DNA of 63,915 nt, counting the filler, from Saprolegnia diclina VS20 (Eukaryota): the NCBI RefSeq assembly GCF_000281045.1. It is 5 parts of 3 records of this genome, joined end to end, with 100 filler letters (N's around TTAATTAATTAA, not from the genome) between each part and the next. Parts side by side here need not be neighbours in the genome. Positions count along the whole stretch, not along the records: positions 19,412 to 35,384 come from NW_008246225.1; positions 35,485 to 45,588 come from NW_008246226.1; 3 more parts are not named here. One strand, 5' to 3'. The position numbers and the translations under genes were made by a program. Position 1 is the first letter of the stretch. Every line of letters starts with the position of its first letter. The notes beneath the pieces were generated by a model. It did not search any database, was not told the origin of the DNA, and was given only the letters and a program-made list of their open reading frames with translations. Shown here piece by piece: positions 23,697 through 36,174 of the stretch.

Positions 23697-25253
23697 CTAC
23701 GTCGCGCGCCTTTGGGTCGTTTGGCTGGACACGCTGAGAAAGTCGCACATATTCTGCTCATCGTACTTGATGCGCCATGTCAGATTGTGCGAGGCGAACA
23801 ACTCTGCGAATGTCTCGACAGGCGTCGTATCCGAGAGGTCAAGAGCAAGCGTGACGTTTGAGCAGGTTCCGAGCGCGTTAATGAGCTCCCGTGCGCCGTC
23901 GACGTCCAAAAAGTCGTTGAATCGGAAGTCCAGCATCAGGCCGGACGCGTGATGCGTGTCGCGCAGGACCTGCGCCATTTCTGTCGCGCCGGCATCGTCA
24001 AGACCCGCCCTTGTCAGCCCCACGCGGTGCACGCCGACGTCGATCCATGAGCGCAAGTTCGTTGCGAGCTCCGTGTAGAGGATGTCGGCGTATTCGAGGC
24101 CGTACCACGACACTTCGTTGAGGCACGGCGAGGACGAGATCCACTGGAGAAGGCGATGCGCCGCAAGCTCCGAGCACTCGACATTGTCGATGCACACGAC
24201 ACGGAGACTCGTTGTCGTTGCCTCTGCCAGAGCCATCCCGTCTAGCCTGAGCTCTTGCAGCGACGTTAGCTGGGGCAGCGCCGCGCCAAAACAACTGAGG
24301 AGGTCCTGCTGACGTCCACGCAGTGTGATATCGAGGTGCGTGATCTTGGCCAAGTCGACGAGACCGAAAAGGCCTTCTACGCGGGCGACATCTTCGGCGT
24401 TGATGCTCAGTTGCGTCAGAGCATGGAGCGGAGTGTGCAGCCCCACAAGCATGTCGGCGATGCTATCGGCACCTTGCAGCGTAAGACTCGGCACGGTTGC
24501 GAGCGCCTTTGCAAACGCGAGGTCGTCGTCATGGAGAGACCACAGCGGGCCAGCCGAGCTGTACGAGGTGAAGTCAAGCCGGTGGAATCCGATGTGGGTC
24601 GTTGGACCCGCGATCAGCCAGGCCGTAATGGCCGCCGACCACATCAGCGCTCGTGCAACGACACTCGAGTAGCCGTCGTACACCCATTCAAGACAACGGA
24701 TGTGATGCGCCGCCTCCAGCACGGACGTGTGGCACTGGTCGACAGCGTTGACTTGAATGCTGCCGAGATGGTCGCACCGGCGTAGCGCTCGACAGACGCG
24801 CGCCACGTCGTCGTCGCTCGGTGGCATCGAAAGGCCGACGCGCGATAGCTTGGCCGGCCATTTGTCGGCGGTCGCACAAAGAAAGTCCAGAAAGGCGGCG
24901 CTGCAGGGGACATCGCAGCGCTCAAAATTTCGGAAAAAGACGTCTTCGGCACGGACCGAGGCGATGGCCGGCATCGCAGCCAGTGCGGCGGCACGGTCTT
25001 TGCGCTTGAGCCCCAACACTGAGAGGTGCGGCCAGCAACTCGGAGCCTCGGTGCGCATCTCCAGACGCTCCATCAGCCGCTGGAGCGACGACAGCAACGG
25101 CGTCAACGGCACGGCCTCGAGCAACGTGAGGACGCCGGCGACATCGTGTATGAACTGCGCAATGTTGATCACGACAGCTTCCACGGTCATGACCGTGTCC
25201 ATGGGTTGCGACGATTTGGCGACCTTGGCGACCTGAGCGACCTGGGTCGACAT
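23697..25253 (-). CDS. RNI-like leucine-rich-repeat protein of an expanded Saprolegnia-type family
   Basis: Intronless ORF with LTQLSI, ITHLDITL, LTSLQELRLDG and GLDDAGATEMAQVL..LDFRFN repeats. Confidence 0.7.
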   Translation of the reverse strand: MSTQVAQVAKVAKSSQPMDTVMTVEAVVINIAQFIHDVAGVLTLLEAVPLTPLLSSLQRLMERLEMRTEAPSCWPHLSVLGLKRKDRAAALAAMPAIASVRAEDVFFRNFERCDVPCSAAFLDFLCATADKWPAKLSRVGLSMPPSDDDVARVCRALRRCDHLGSIQVNAVDQCHTSVLEAAHHIRCLEWVYDGYSSVVARALMWSAAITAWLIAGPTTHIGFHRLDFTSYSSAGPLWSLHDDDLAFAKALATVPSLTLQGADSIADMLVGLHTPLHALTQLSINAEDVARVEGLFGLVDLAKITHLDITLRGRQQDLLSCFGAALPQLTSLQELRLDGMALAEATTTSLRVVCIDNVECSELAAHRLLQWISSSPCLNEVSWYGLEYADILYTELATNLRSWIDVGVHRVGLTRAGLDDAGATEMAQVLRDTHHASGLMLDFRFNDFLDVDGARELINALGTCSNVTLALDLSDTTPVETFAELFASHNLTWRIKYDEQNMCDFLSVSSQTTQRRAT

Positions 25254-26131
25254 TCTGAGTGCGCGCTTTTGCGCTTGCGTGCACTTTTGATCGGGTCGTG
25301 GGCGTATCAGGAAGTGCATTTTATCGAATCTGGCAGTTTTGGTTGCCAGCCAATCCACGCGCATGATTTTTGGATGCGTCAATCAAATGTCCTCAAGCGG
25401 CTGACCAGGACACGTGGCAACGTGAGAAGGCGCGTGCGTATCGTGTCATATTGCACTTGCATTTCGTGAGCACAACGACTCTAAACGGTTGCTTTGAGCT
25501 CAGAGACGCCAGAGGCGGTCGTGCGCCTGTGGTTGGTGTACATGCGAATGACCTCGGACGCAAGAGTAGATGCAGCGCGACGCCTCGCTCGGCCGAAGGC
25601 TACGGTGCGGGCGCCTACATCTCCACGATCGCACATCGTTAATCTTTATGTTGACAAGCCACCGACGAGCCATCGCCACGGACAACCCAGTCGACACAAC
25701 GTTTAAAATATGTATTTTGGGAGGCTTTCTAGATTCGATTTCGCAGGTATTCGGGCTGCAGGCACCCTTGTGCACCACAGTTTTTGATGAGTGCACAGGA
25801 CGGGACCGTTGGTTGCTGAGCTAGCATGGCTATCGCCCACAACCGCGCTGGCCATTGAAGCCGTCGCTGTCTGCATCGCCCACAATATGAGCTCGTCGAC
25901 TTGAGCGGCCAGCTTTCTTGAGGCGGTACCGGTGTCCTCGCGTCGACGAGCAGAACCCGACTTTTCTAATCTACGGCGCTATGTATGCACTGCACTTTTC
26001 GTACGCTTGGCGGACAGGCAGTTTGCCCTTTAGACAGACGGCGTATGCCCCAAAGTGGGGCCAGACGTTGCTGCCGGCTCCAGGATTCTGGTTCGCAGGA
26101 TATCTTGACCGATTTCATATTCGAATTTGGC

Positions 26132-28266
26132 ATGTGCGGTATCGTCGCCCACTTGGAGCTGCCGGGTCCCTCGCCTGTTGTGCTGCCGCCGCCCGACCTC
26201 GACGCGGCCTTGGGCCTGCTGCACCACCGCGGTCCCGACGGCCGTGGGACGTGGACCGACGCGAACACCGTCGGGCTGGGCCACACGCGGCTCTCGATCA
26301 TGGACGTGGCCCACGGCGCGCAGCCGCTGCACGCGCCGGACGACGTCCACGCGGTCGTCAACGGCGAGTTTTACGAGTTCGAGGCGATCCGCGCGGCCTT
26401 GATTAGTGACGGACACGTCTTTGCGACGCAGAGCGACTCGGAGATCCTTGTGCATCTCTACCGCGAGCACGGCGTCGACGCGCTTGAGCACCTTGTCGGC
26501 GAGTTTGCCTTTGTGCTCTGGGACGGCGCGCGCCAGCAGCTATTCTGTGGCCGCGACCGGTACGGCATCAAGCCGCTCTTCTACACCCAAGTAGGCAACC
26601 GCTTCCTTGTCGCAAGCGAGGCCAAAGCATTTCTAGCGCTCGGATGGTCGCCGCAGTGGGACGTGCATGCGATTGCGAGCAGCGGGTACTTCTCCGACCA
26701 ACGCACGCTCTTTCTTGGTGTCAACAAGCTGCCGCCTGCGCACTCGCTGGTGGTGTCGGCCTCGGGGTCGAAGCGTCTCGAGTGCTACTTTCGTCCGACG
26801 TTTCCGCACAAGCGCCAAGTCGATCCGCGCTCGCTCGACGAGATGGTTGCTGGCGTGCGCGACCGGCTCTACGACGCGGTGCGCACGCGTCTCCGCAGCG
26901 ACGTACCCGTGGCCGTGTACCTCAGGTACAGCAGTCTCTCGGACCATGGCACAATGTACTAAACGACTAATGTGGGCGATCGATCTAGTGGCGGCATCGA
27001 CTCGTCGTCGGTGCTCGGTATCGCACTCGACATTTTGCGTCAAACCGATCCGGATGCGCAACTAGACGCGTTTACCATTTCGTTCACCGACCGCGTACAC
27101 GGAATGCATGAATCACTTTAGTGTAAAAAATGGTGTAGGAGTACGACGGCGTCGGCTATGACGAAGGCGACGTGGCCGCCCGCACCGCGTCGCACGCGCG
27201 CACGCGTCACCACGTGCTCAAGATCACGCAAGCCGACTTGACCGCGGCCTTTGCCGACGCCGTGTGGCACTGGGAAGCACCGCTCAACGATTTCAACGGC
27301 GCCGCCAAGTTTCTCCTCTCGCGCTACGTGCGCGACGCTGGTTTCAAGGTCGTCCTCACAGGTCCTTCCTCTCTTTTCACCACTAAGAACCTCAACCTTG
27401 AACTAGGTGAAGGCGCGGACGAGCATTTTGCTGGCTACTCGATGTTTTACCCGGATTTCTTTCGGCACGAGACAACGCCGCCTGCACTGCCCACCGCCGA
27501 CCGCGTCGCTCGCTTGGCGGCGATTGAAGCAACCGACATGAAAATGTGGAGTGCGATCGGCTGTGTGCCTATGTCGTTCGACGACGAAGTCCAAAGCCGA
27601 ACTCGTCTTGCGAACGTGAGTATTCATCGACTCTTGTCGACGATTTGCGGGCTCCCCAAGCCGCTGTTTCTGCCTCCCATTGCGCCATCGACCATGGACG
27701 CGTACGTGCACGCGCTGTCGCCGGATGAGCGGCGTCTGGCGCGGGACGAGTGGCACCCGCTGCACACGGCGCTGTGCCTAGAGACGCGCGTGCACTTGCC
27801 CAACTACTTGTGCAACCACTTGGGCGACCGCAGCGAGATGGCGCACTCGATCGAAGGTCGCGTGCCGTTCTTGGACCACCGGCTCACGAGCTACGTCAAT
27901 GGTCTCCCACCAAACGTCAAGCTCCGCGTCGTCGACGGTACCCTCGTCGACAAGTGGGTGCTGCGCGAAGCCGCCAAGCCGTTCATCTCGGACGAGCTGT
28001 ATACGCGGCCTAAAAAGCCATTTCTGGCGCCGCCCTGTGACATGGCCGACGACGACGTCCAGTGGCGATTCCTTCAAAATACGATTACGCAAGACGCAGT
28101 AGCGCAACTGGGCTGGATGGACTGGGGCTATGTGGTCGCGACCCTCGACCGCTTCCGGACAACGAGCGACCGCCAAGCGTACAACTGCCTCAACATTGTC
28201 GCGTCGTTCATCGTGCTGAGTCGTCAGTTCAAGGTGCCCCCGGCGACGCCATTGCAAAAGCAGTAG
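26132..28266 (+). CDS. Asparagine synthetase B-family glutamine-hydrolysing amidotransferase, 3 introns
   Basis: N-terminal MCGI (Ntn Cys), HRGPD, GHTRLSI, NGEFY, RDRYGIKPL, spliced LSGGIDSS (intron 26926-26988), TGEGADE and GDRSEMAHSIEGRVPFLDH. Confidence 0.92.
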
Positions 28267-28527
28267 ATCCAAGCTCGTGTTATTTCAAAACGCTCGATGA
28301 GTCTCGACGGAGTCCTCGTCTTGGGGCTCTCACAATGTGTGGCGTCCCGACGCCGTGCGCTGCACTAGGGTGGGGTACACGGTAGGGGTAGGGGTGGATG
28401 ATACGTCCTGTTCTGGCTGAAGTACATTTGGATGCTAGCTATAGGGACTCGGAAGAATGTATACGAATGCTAACTTGCTATCTTGAAGGGTCACACGATA
28501 AAGACTAAGTTTTTCTGTTTGCGTGGG

Positions 28528-30067
28528 CTAGCGCAGCATGACGACGCCGGGGATGATCTTGGCGGTTGCTTCTGGGCCGCGCTCGAGCAAGATGCGGTCG
28601 CACTTGGCCTTGAGGAGCGAGTGGACGGCGCGCGGGCTTGCGTCGTTCAAGTAGGCGCGGTAGGCTTCGAAGCGGTCGCGGAGGCTTACGTTCGGGAACT
28701 CGAGCGTCACGTGCAACTCACCACACGGCTTTCCCGTCGAATACACTTGGAGCCAGAGCTCGAGGCTCGGGCGGCGGAGGCTCATCACATCCAGCAGCGC
28801 AACGCTGCACTTGCCGAGGCGGCCGCCGTCAGCATTGAGAATGTCGACCTCGAGCTCCATGACGAGCGGGTCGACGGCGTCAAAGATGCATGCTTCGTTC
28901 CAATGAGCGTGGTCCTGGACCTTGGTTTCGAGTACTTGGCCGCCGACGCGAACGCGGCAGTAGCGCTGCGGCGCACCAAAGACCAGCGGATTCGCGAGGC
29001 CCTGGGCGCGATGGACTGTCACGGTGCAGGGCGTCGTGGGGCCGGCCTTGTGCGCGCGCTTCATGCTCGGGTACATTTCAAAGACCGAGACGAGGTCGAC
29101 AGCCGACGGCTGGACCTCGTCCTGCTCCTCCTCGAGGTCGACAACGCAGTGCTCGAGAATCGCCTTGTACCACTTGGGGCTGTCGTACGCGTCGAGGTCT
29201 TCGCGGCCGTGACTCGCCAACTCGAGGAGGAGCTGGCCAAAGGCCGTAATGTCGCCGGCCATGCCGTCCTCGCTCGGCGCCGCTTGGAAGCCCGTGAGCT
29301 TGGCGTGCTTCTTGCCGTTGAGTAAGACGTGGTCGAGACGTAGCGCTCCGTGACAGAGGTCCATCTTGTGCAAGTACGAGAGAGCATGGGCGACGCCAAG
29401 CGCAATTTGAAACTTGGCGTCCCACGAGAATGCGTCGCGGGGCGTCGACGCCATGTACGAGCGCAAGTCGGTGAGCTCCATGTGCTCAAAGTACAAGGCC
29501 GGTCCGATCTCGGCCTTCCACGCCGTCGAGCCGAGAAGACTGACAATGTAGTCGCTCTTGAGCCTACGTCGATGCTGTGAGCCGCATGTAGTACTGCACA
29601 GCGGACACGTACAGCGAGAGAAAGGACGCGAGTTGCACAAAGCTCGAGAACTGGCTCGGATCCCGAAGCCTCTTTTGCACGACGGTCTTGCCTTCGATCG
29701 TCCCGGCGCGGATGTCGTACGTGGCGCCGTCCGCCAGGACCGACGCCGAAGCAAACTGTCCGAGCTCGATGCGTCGAATCGGCGGCTCCTCGGGCTGTCG
29801 CTCGTAGTACCATTGCTGCTTCTCGACCTCGAACGCGAGCCGGTCGCGCTGCAGCTGGTGTTGCTCGTGCTCGACGGCCGAAGCGCGGAGGTCCACGGCC
29901 GCGACCTGCTCGTGGAGCCGCTCGATGGTTGCCGAGAGCGCCTGCACGTGCCCGACGAGGAGCTCGAGTCGCTCATGCTCCGAGGGCAGGTCGGCGCTGC
30001 ATGAGGCGCACTGCGCCAAGAGGATGTTGGTGGCCTCGCCGCAAGCGCTGCATACGACGTCGGCCAT
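28528..30067 (-). CDS. Zn-ribbon + coiled-coil + TKL-like pseudokinase + C2 domain protein; intron 29564-29612
   Basis: CSAC...CASC at the N-terminus. Kinase fold with HGALRLDHVLL in place of HRDLKxxN and KLTGF in place of DFG. C2-like VTVHRAQGL...YCRVRV...LGKCSVAL...CGELHVTLEF. Confidence 0.75.
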
Positions 30068-30411
30068 CGTGCGAAAAATAGGAAGTCCGCCGCTCACCAT
30101 CTGGCACGCCCATCATATTGAGGCCAACGTAGGCGCGCTGAACAGTGCAATATTGAATATATACTGAATATGAAGACACTCGACGTCGCCATAGTGAACA
30201 GTACGATGGTCGTGCCGCTTGTGCGACTCCTTCATGTCGACCTGTGTCTACCATGCCATCGTACAGAACGACGCGCCCTCGACTGCACCTCATGGAGCAT
30301 AATGATTGCACTGTCGGAACGGCAATATCTGTCGTGTTGAAGGACAACCAGGGTGCGAAGTGAGATAATATTTGCGCATATGAATATATGATGTGCAGTC
30401 GAGTACCAACG

Positions 30412-31689
30412 TCACAACACTGTCGAGCGGGCCTTCAAGAGCGCGGCGCCCTGGGGATCGCGGTGCACGCTCGTCGCGTATCGTTGCTGGCTGTCGGCAA
30501 TATAATACCACGAGGCGAGCACGCAGAAGCATTGAATACTGGCGACCACGAGCCAAAGAATGCCCAAGTGCTCCAGTTGCGACTGGAGGTACAAGAGCCA
30601 CGTGACAAAGCACCTAGTCGCGCTCAATATGGAATATGCAACCGAGCACGCACCCATCGCCCGACGCCATATTGTCTTCGAGACACCGCCCCGTGCTGCC
30701 CTGTCCTTCGCCACCAAACGGAAGATCCCAGTCGATCGGGATCGCGCAGTCGGCTGCGACGCGCTCGGACGTTGACTGCGCGCAGAACGCGCCCGACGAA
30801 GCTGCGCACGCTGGATGGAGGCTGCGAGCGCAGCTGCGCTTGTTGCTGAACCCGCAGCACTGGCCGTCATTTTGAATCCCTTGAAGCAGCTACAAGGCGC
30901 GCTTGCAACTCCGAACACAAGTCTGTAAGGTGTACTTGGCCGGCGGCAACAGAAAAGTCTGGCTCGGTCGCTTGGCGCCACACCCGTTGCCTACACAATA
31001 TGCAGTTAGATATGGACGACCATGGAGAGACGAGGACCACATGTCGTAGCCTGCGGTGTAGCGGTCGTCACCGAGAAGGGCGGTGCAGGCTTCCGACGAT
31101 GCGTTCCGGCGCCCCAGCGACGCGCACATATCGAGCTAGCATGTCCTTTGGCCAAGCGGCTCGATCTGTAGTCGTGTACCGCAGGATACGCTGCTTGGTG
31201 GAGGAAGAAGCCGCCAAAGCCGAGCTCGAGAACGACCAAGCCCGCCGTCACGAGCATGTACTAGGCGCGTCATGAGAGAAGACGCGAGCCAACGATGAAG
31301 CGTACAATCTTGAGGGACGGAGCGCGCTGTGATTGAAGACAACAACGGCCCTGGACAAAGTCGGTCTCGCCGCCATAAACGAGAGAGTATGAACGCACGA
31401 AGAAGGCGACGCCGCTAACGAGTCCGCCGAGCACGATCTGGCTCTGCAAAACCGCAAACGTGGCTGAACTCGGATGGATCGAGCGGTATGTCGGCGACGA
31501 AATGACCATGTTGCAGCTCAACACCTACAAATCTCAGGTCCCGTGACGCCAACCACGAGGTGCACGGTACCGCGATAGCTACGCCCATCATCTACAGCAC
31601 GATAAGAACCATAGACGGAAGCCGCGAGCACGTACAAAGGCCATGGCGGCCGACGTGCTCCAGAGCACCGGCGCCCATTCGATGCCCAT
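30412..31689 (-). CDS. Tetraspanin-like four-TM protein, multi-exon (exon model tentative)
   Basis: Manual splicing gives MGIEWAPVLW...GVAFF|GRCCLQSQRAPSLKI|YMLVTAGLVVLELGFGGFF and a final TM LGILWLVVASIQCFCVLASWYYI. Confidence 0.45.
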
Positions 31690-32551
31690 GATACTATCGT
31701 TCCACCAACGACGGTTAGCAAAACGCTCAAGATCGCACGCAAGCGACACGGCAGGATCCTTCAGCGGGAGCGCCTTTTCTCAGCCTGCGATGACCTTGCT
31801 CTTCCTCAACACGTTGCACAAGCAGCGTTGAGCGTCCAGCACAAGCACCACCAGCAGCGACATCATCCATCATAGCAAGGCTGCTTGGGACAGCTGCGAG
31901 GTAGTAGAATCCGTCAGAACACGGCGAGATCGGCGGTGAGAGACACCATACTCTTGCTCTGGCTTTACGAATTGCGTCCTCGCCATGGTGCGCCGAGATA
32001 CGCAACTTCGATCGTTACGAATGATGGCGTGGCTCTGTCGTGGGTCTCTCTCACTGAGCTGATTCATTCGGCTTACACTGACTGTCAACAGTATCGATAC
32101 GGCGAAAAGCTTAGTCAGTCGCCACCTGAAGGCCAACTTGGTGTTCGAAGAAACGCACTACGTCTCTATAGGACACCGACACAAGACGCCGACCAACGAC
32201 CAACGATCAACGGTGGCACGATGTTGTCGGCGGTGATACGAGGGGTAGAGCGGCGGTGGATGGCAGTTGGCGAGGGCGACGATCAGCTCCCGAGATGGCG
32301 CCGTGAGCCCTGTAATATCACACGAGCGGGGAAGCTGAGCGGCTGAGCGGGGATAGGAAAGAAGATGTTGGCAGCGAGAGGCAGCCGGCGAGAGCTGCCG
32401 GCGAGATGCTTCCTGTACTGCAATGTTGCTGCAGCATTGCACACAACAGTAGTTCGTACGTTGAGGCAAGTTCTCTGCGGCACCCATATTTCTTATCACG
32501 CACAACACGTGTACCGTATGTATGGACCAGGTAGGTCATTTTGAGCCTGCT

Positions 32552-32604
32552 GCGGGCGACTGCAACGATGACGGTGGCGGGCGACTGCAACGATGACGGT
32601 GGCG
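32552..32604. repeat. 25-bp tandem duplication
   Basis: GCGGGCGACTGCAACGATGACGGTG x2. Confidence 0.85.
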
Positions 32605-33233
32605 TCCGACACACGACTCGACGCGCGGCACACTGTGCAAGTCTGTGCGAGAGGGTCTGCCTCGTTCTCGAGGCTTTGCGCCCACCTCATGGGACCAAGC
32701 ACGCCAGCGTCGCGGCATCGACGGCCACAGCGCTAGCAATCTCGCTCCCTTGCGAGATTCCGACTGCAGTAGCCTTCCACCTCTCTCAATCCTCCCACTC
32801 ATGCTACACTGGGGTTGACACTGCCCCTTTTGCGGGAAATGATAGCAGGAGCGTACCGTTGGCTTCGTCATTCGACCTGTCGAGGCGCGATGGAAGGGGA
32901 TATGACCAAAAGCTGGTGCGGCAGAGTAGCCAGCGAGCGACGCAAGATGAGCCAATCAGGGGGCACGCACGGGAAAACTCTGCGCGGCGGTCGTCAATGC
33001 AGTGCGCAATGTGGGGGGACCGCTACGGATCGGATACAGCGTGCAGCTGCAAGTACCTAGTCGTCTGAAATGCCGATTCCCCTAATGAGTGCGTATATAA
33101 TCAATACGATTTAAAGTTGGCCGTATTTTTATACCCATCTGTGCGAATTCGAGAAAGGACGCCTGCGCGCGGAGCGGGGGCAGCGTTCCTCACTTGCCAA
33201 CTTGCTTCAAGCAACCGACTTGCCTACAACACC

Positions 33234-33692
33234 ATGCCCGTCTTTGAGTCGATTCGCTACCTCCCGACTCACGAGCTGCGCAAGTACTTCCGCTACCCGC
33301 TCAAGGAGGCCGCCAAGCGCTTGCGCTCGTATGAAGGCGCCGTGATCCGTCTTTGCCGCCAGCGCGGCTTCCCCAAGTGGCCGTACCGCCAGCTGGCCAA
33401 GTTGAGTCGCAAGATGCGCTTCCTCGACAACGTCATCGCCAAGATGGAGGACGGGCCGACGGTCCAGGTCGCGGCCCGCCGCGCGCAGCTCAAGGCCCAG
33501 TACAACGCGATCAAGTACTGGGACCCCAACACCTCTCGGACGTCCTTCACAGCGCTCATCGACACCGCCGACTGTGAGAGCGACGACGCCGGTAGCTACG
33601 ACGACGGCAGCGTCTACACCAACAGCGACGACCAAGCCCAGAAGAGCCATGAGCCGTCCAAGATGGCTATTTCCTTTATCCTCCATCTCTAG
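33234..33692 (+). CDS. RWP-RK domain transcription factor
   Basis: LRKYFRYPLKEAAKRL....VIRLCRQRGFPKWPYRQL. Confidence 0.88.
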   Translation: MPVFESIRYLPTHELRKYFRYPLKEAAKRLRSYEGAVIRLCRQRGFPKWPYRQLAKLSRKMRFLDNVIAKMEDGPTVQVAARRAQLKAQYNAIKYWDPNTSRTSFTALIDTADCESDDAGSYDDGSVYTNSDDQAQKSHEPSKMAISFILHL

Positions 33693-34874
33693 TTTTGCAT
33701 CAGTTCTGTCTGTAGTGTGTTTTTGTCCATGTCCGATGATTATAATTCCAACCTATTTTGCATTTTACTGCACACGTCAGCGCTAAATGTGTTGCTCACT
33801 GGTTGCTTTATTGCGTTAGCTTGCGCCTCGGAACCCAAGCTTGTTGAACCTGCCAATTGTGAAAATTCCGACATTCATCCAGGAAAAATACAGCATATGG
33901 GGGCTAAAATAGCGGATATCGGTAACCAAGACATATGTTGATAATATCATGAATGCCTGTCAAATCCTGGGCGATGCCGCGCCACCACATGTTGTTGTCG
34001 AAGTAGGTCGTATAATAGATACGTAAATCTACGCTAAATAAAATTGTCGGACTTTCTTCGTTGTGTAGGCGCTGGTGACCACCACCCACATGAAGTTTAA
34101 AATGATATTATCATTTTGAACTACATGTGGTGGCGCGGCATCGACCAGGATTTTCACTGCATTTATCAACGCCCCTTGTGTGCTTTGATGCGTGTACCAA
34201 GTTGACTTGTCGCAAGCGACTTGGCATTGCCCAAGCGCCAGAGCTAGGATCACCTATTGCGCGTGCTTGCTCTCAACGGCATTTCTGCCTGTCGACGACA
34301 AGCCACCTCGCCCTTCTGCACCTGACATTTATGAGAAAAACCTATATTCTTTCGAACTATTTTCGTCATCGTTATAATGTCGTCCGTGTGGGCGACACCC
34401 GCCCTCGCGACGCCGCGACACCGCGTGGTCTTCAACAAACCGTCCGTCTTTTTCACAGCGCTGCTCGTGCTCAACGTCGTTCTCATGTACCCTCGCCCTC
34501 CCTCTTCGTCTGACTCGAGAGTTACTGCTCAATAGGCCACTAAAGGCGTACATCTCGGAGCCGTTTCCGTCGACAAGCACCGTCGCCGTGGCGATACCGT
34601 TCGACTGCGACACCAACTTTACAGCGTGTGCACCCCGCTTGTTGGCTTTTTTTCGCGACCAGCGACCGCGCTTGTCGTCGGCGACGCCCCAGCTCTCCTC
34701 GAACGAGTGGGATATGTTTCGAACGCCATTTGCACTCCCGCCGCCAAGTGGTCGAGTGACCCCCGAGNNNNNNNNNNNNNNNNNNNNNNNNNNNNNNNNN
34801 NNNNNNNNNNNNNNNNNNNNNNNNNNNNNNNNNNNNNNNNNNNNNNNNNNNNNNNNNNNNNNNNNNNCCGCAAG

Positions 34875-35153
34875 ATTCAGAAAGCAGTGTACTGGAAGCT
34901 CGCAGTTGAAAGAACGCACCGTGGACGCAGTGCATAAACCCGTCGAGAGTGGTCAGACGCATGAACCACGTTGCCATATCGGCGCGCAATTTCATTGGTC
35001 TCCGAATGGTACACGGCTGTGTACACCAGTGCCTGGACATATAAACGCGAGTGCCGCTCTTTGCCGTGGCCCTTCAACTCGATCTCGGGCTCGCATTAAA
35101 ATCCTCGCACGTGATTGGTGCAAACTTGTTGTTCCAACCCCGAAAACACATGG
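34875..35153 (+). repeat. Dispersed repeat, copy B
   Basis: Near-identical to 22819-23097. Confidence 0.85.
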
Positions 35154-35721
35154 CGGGGTCGTTTTATAACTCGGAATCATTTCGATGGGTTGCCGTCCCT
35201 CGGTACGAATCAAGCAACAATGGAAGAGCTGGGACATAGACGCGCCAGACGAGTTTAAATGGTACCATCCAAAGCTCACACTTTCCAATTTCCCACAAAC
35301 CACAAGCATCAACGATGGCGTCTCGCACACTCTCGACCAGCAGTCGCCGCCACCTCCACCTCAAATACTCGGACGAATGCGTCANNNNNNNNNNNNNNNN
35401 NNNNNNNNNNNNNNNNNNNNNNNNNNNNTTAATTAATTAANNNNNNNNNNNNNNNNNNNNNNNNNNNNNNNNNNNNNNNNNNNNGAGGCTCGCCTGCCAC
35501 GTTCCCAGTGTGGCATATCTTGATGTGCACGATGAAATACGAAAATCTCGACGGTATATTTCGGCGCAAAATACGCAACATGTCATGAGCCCAAGCGACG
35601 TGGCAGGTCGTACTCGGCATTTGGTTTGGCCGAGACCCGCAGAGCATCACAGTCGCCGACTATGTACGCTCGATTGTCTCGCACGAGCACCTGGCGAGGC
35701 TGGTGCAGGCCTCACATTGGC

Positions 35722-36174
35722 GCTCCCACGGTGTTTGGTCGCGTCGGGCAGCAAGCCTGGCAGATGCTACGCCATCTCACGCATCGGACGCGCTGGAATC
35801 AACGATGTCGCAAGATGCACGCTCCCGACGACGCGCTGCCAGAACACGCCTGTGTCCGGTACGTCACTTTGGACTGTAGCTCACACCCGACGACTGTACC
35901 TCGAACGTGCATCCCGACGACGGACGGCATGACAAAGTACTGTCGGACGATGGACTCCAGCATGTTGAAGAACTGTTGGTCACCGACGTTCAGCACACAT
36001 CTAGTACGTAGGTCTTAGTAGGTGGAGTCTTTAGTCTGTGTGAAGATTTCTAGAAAAAAAGAAAAAAAAGAAAAAAAAGAAAAAAACGCGTCATGCGACC
36101 TTGTCGTAGTGGTCGCCGGGCATAGGGAGCGCCAGTGTTCCTGTGTTTCTAGCGCTACTTGGGACCTTAACCCG
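35722..36174 (+). repeat. About 450-bp direct repeat with internal A-rich tract (second copy 38239-38682)
   Basis: Colinear copies with scattered substitutions; A-rich tract at about 36053-36086. Confidence 0.85.
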
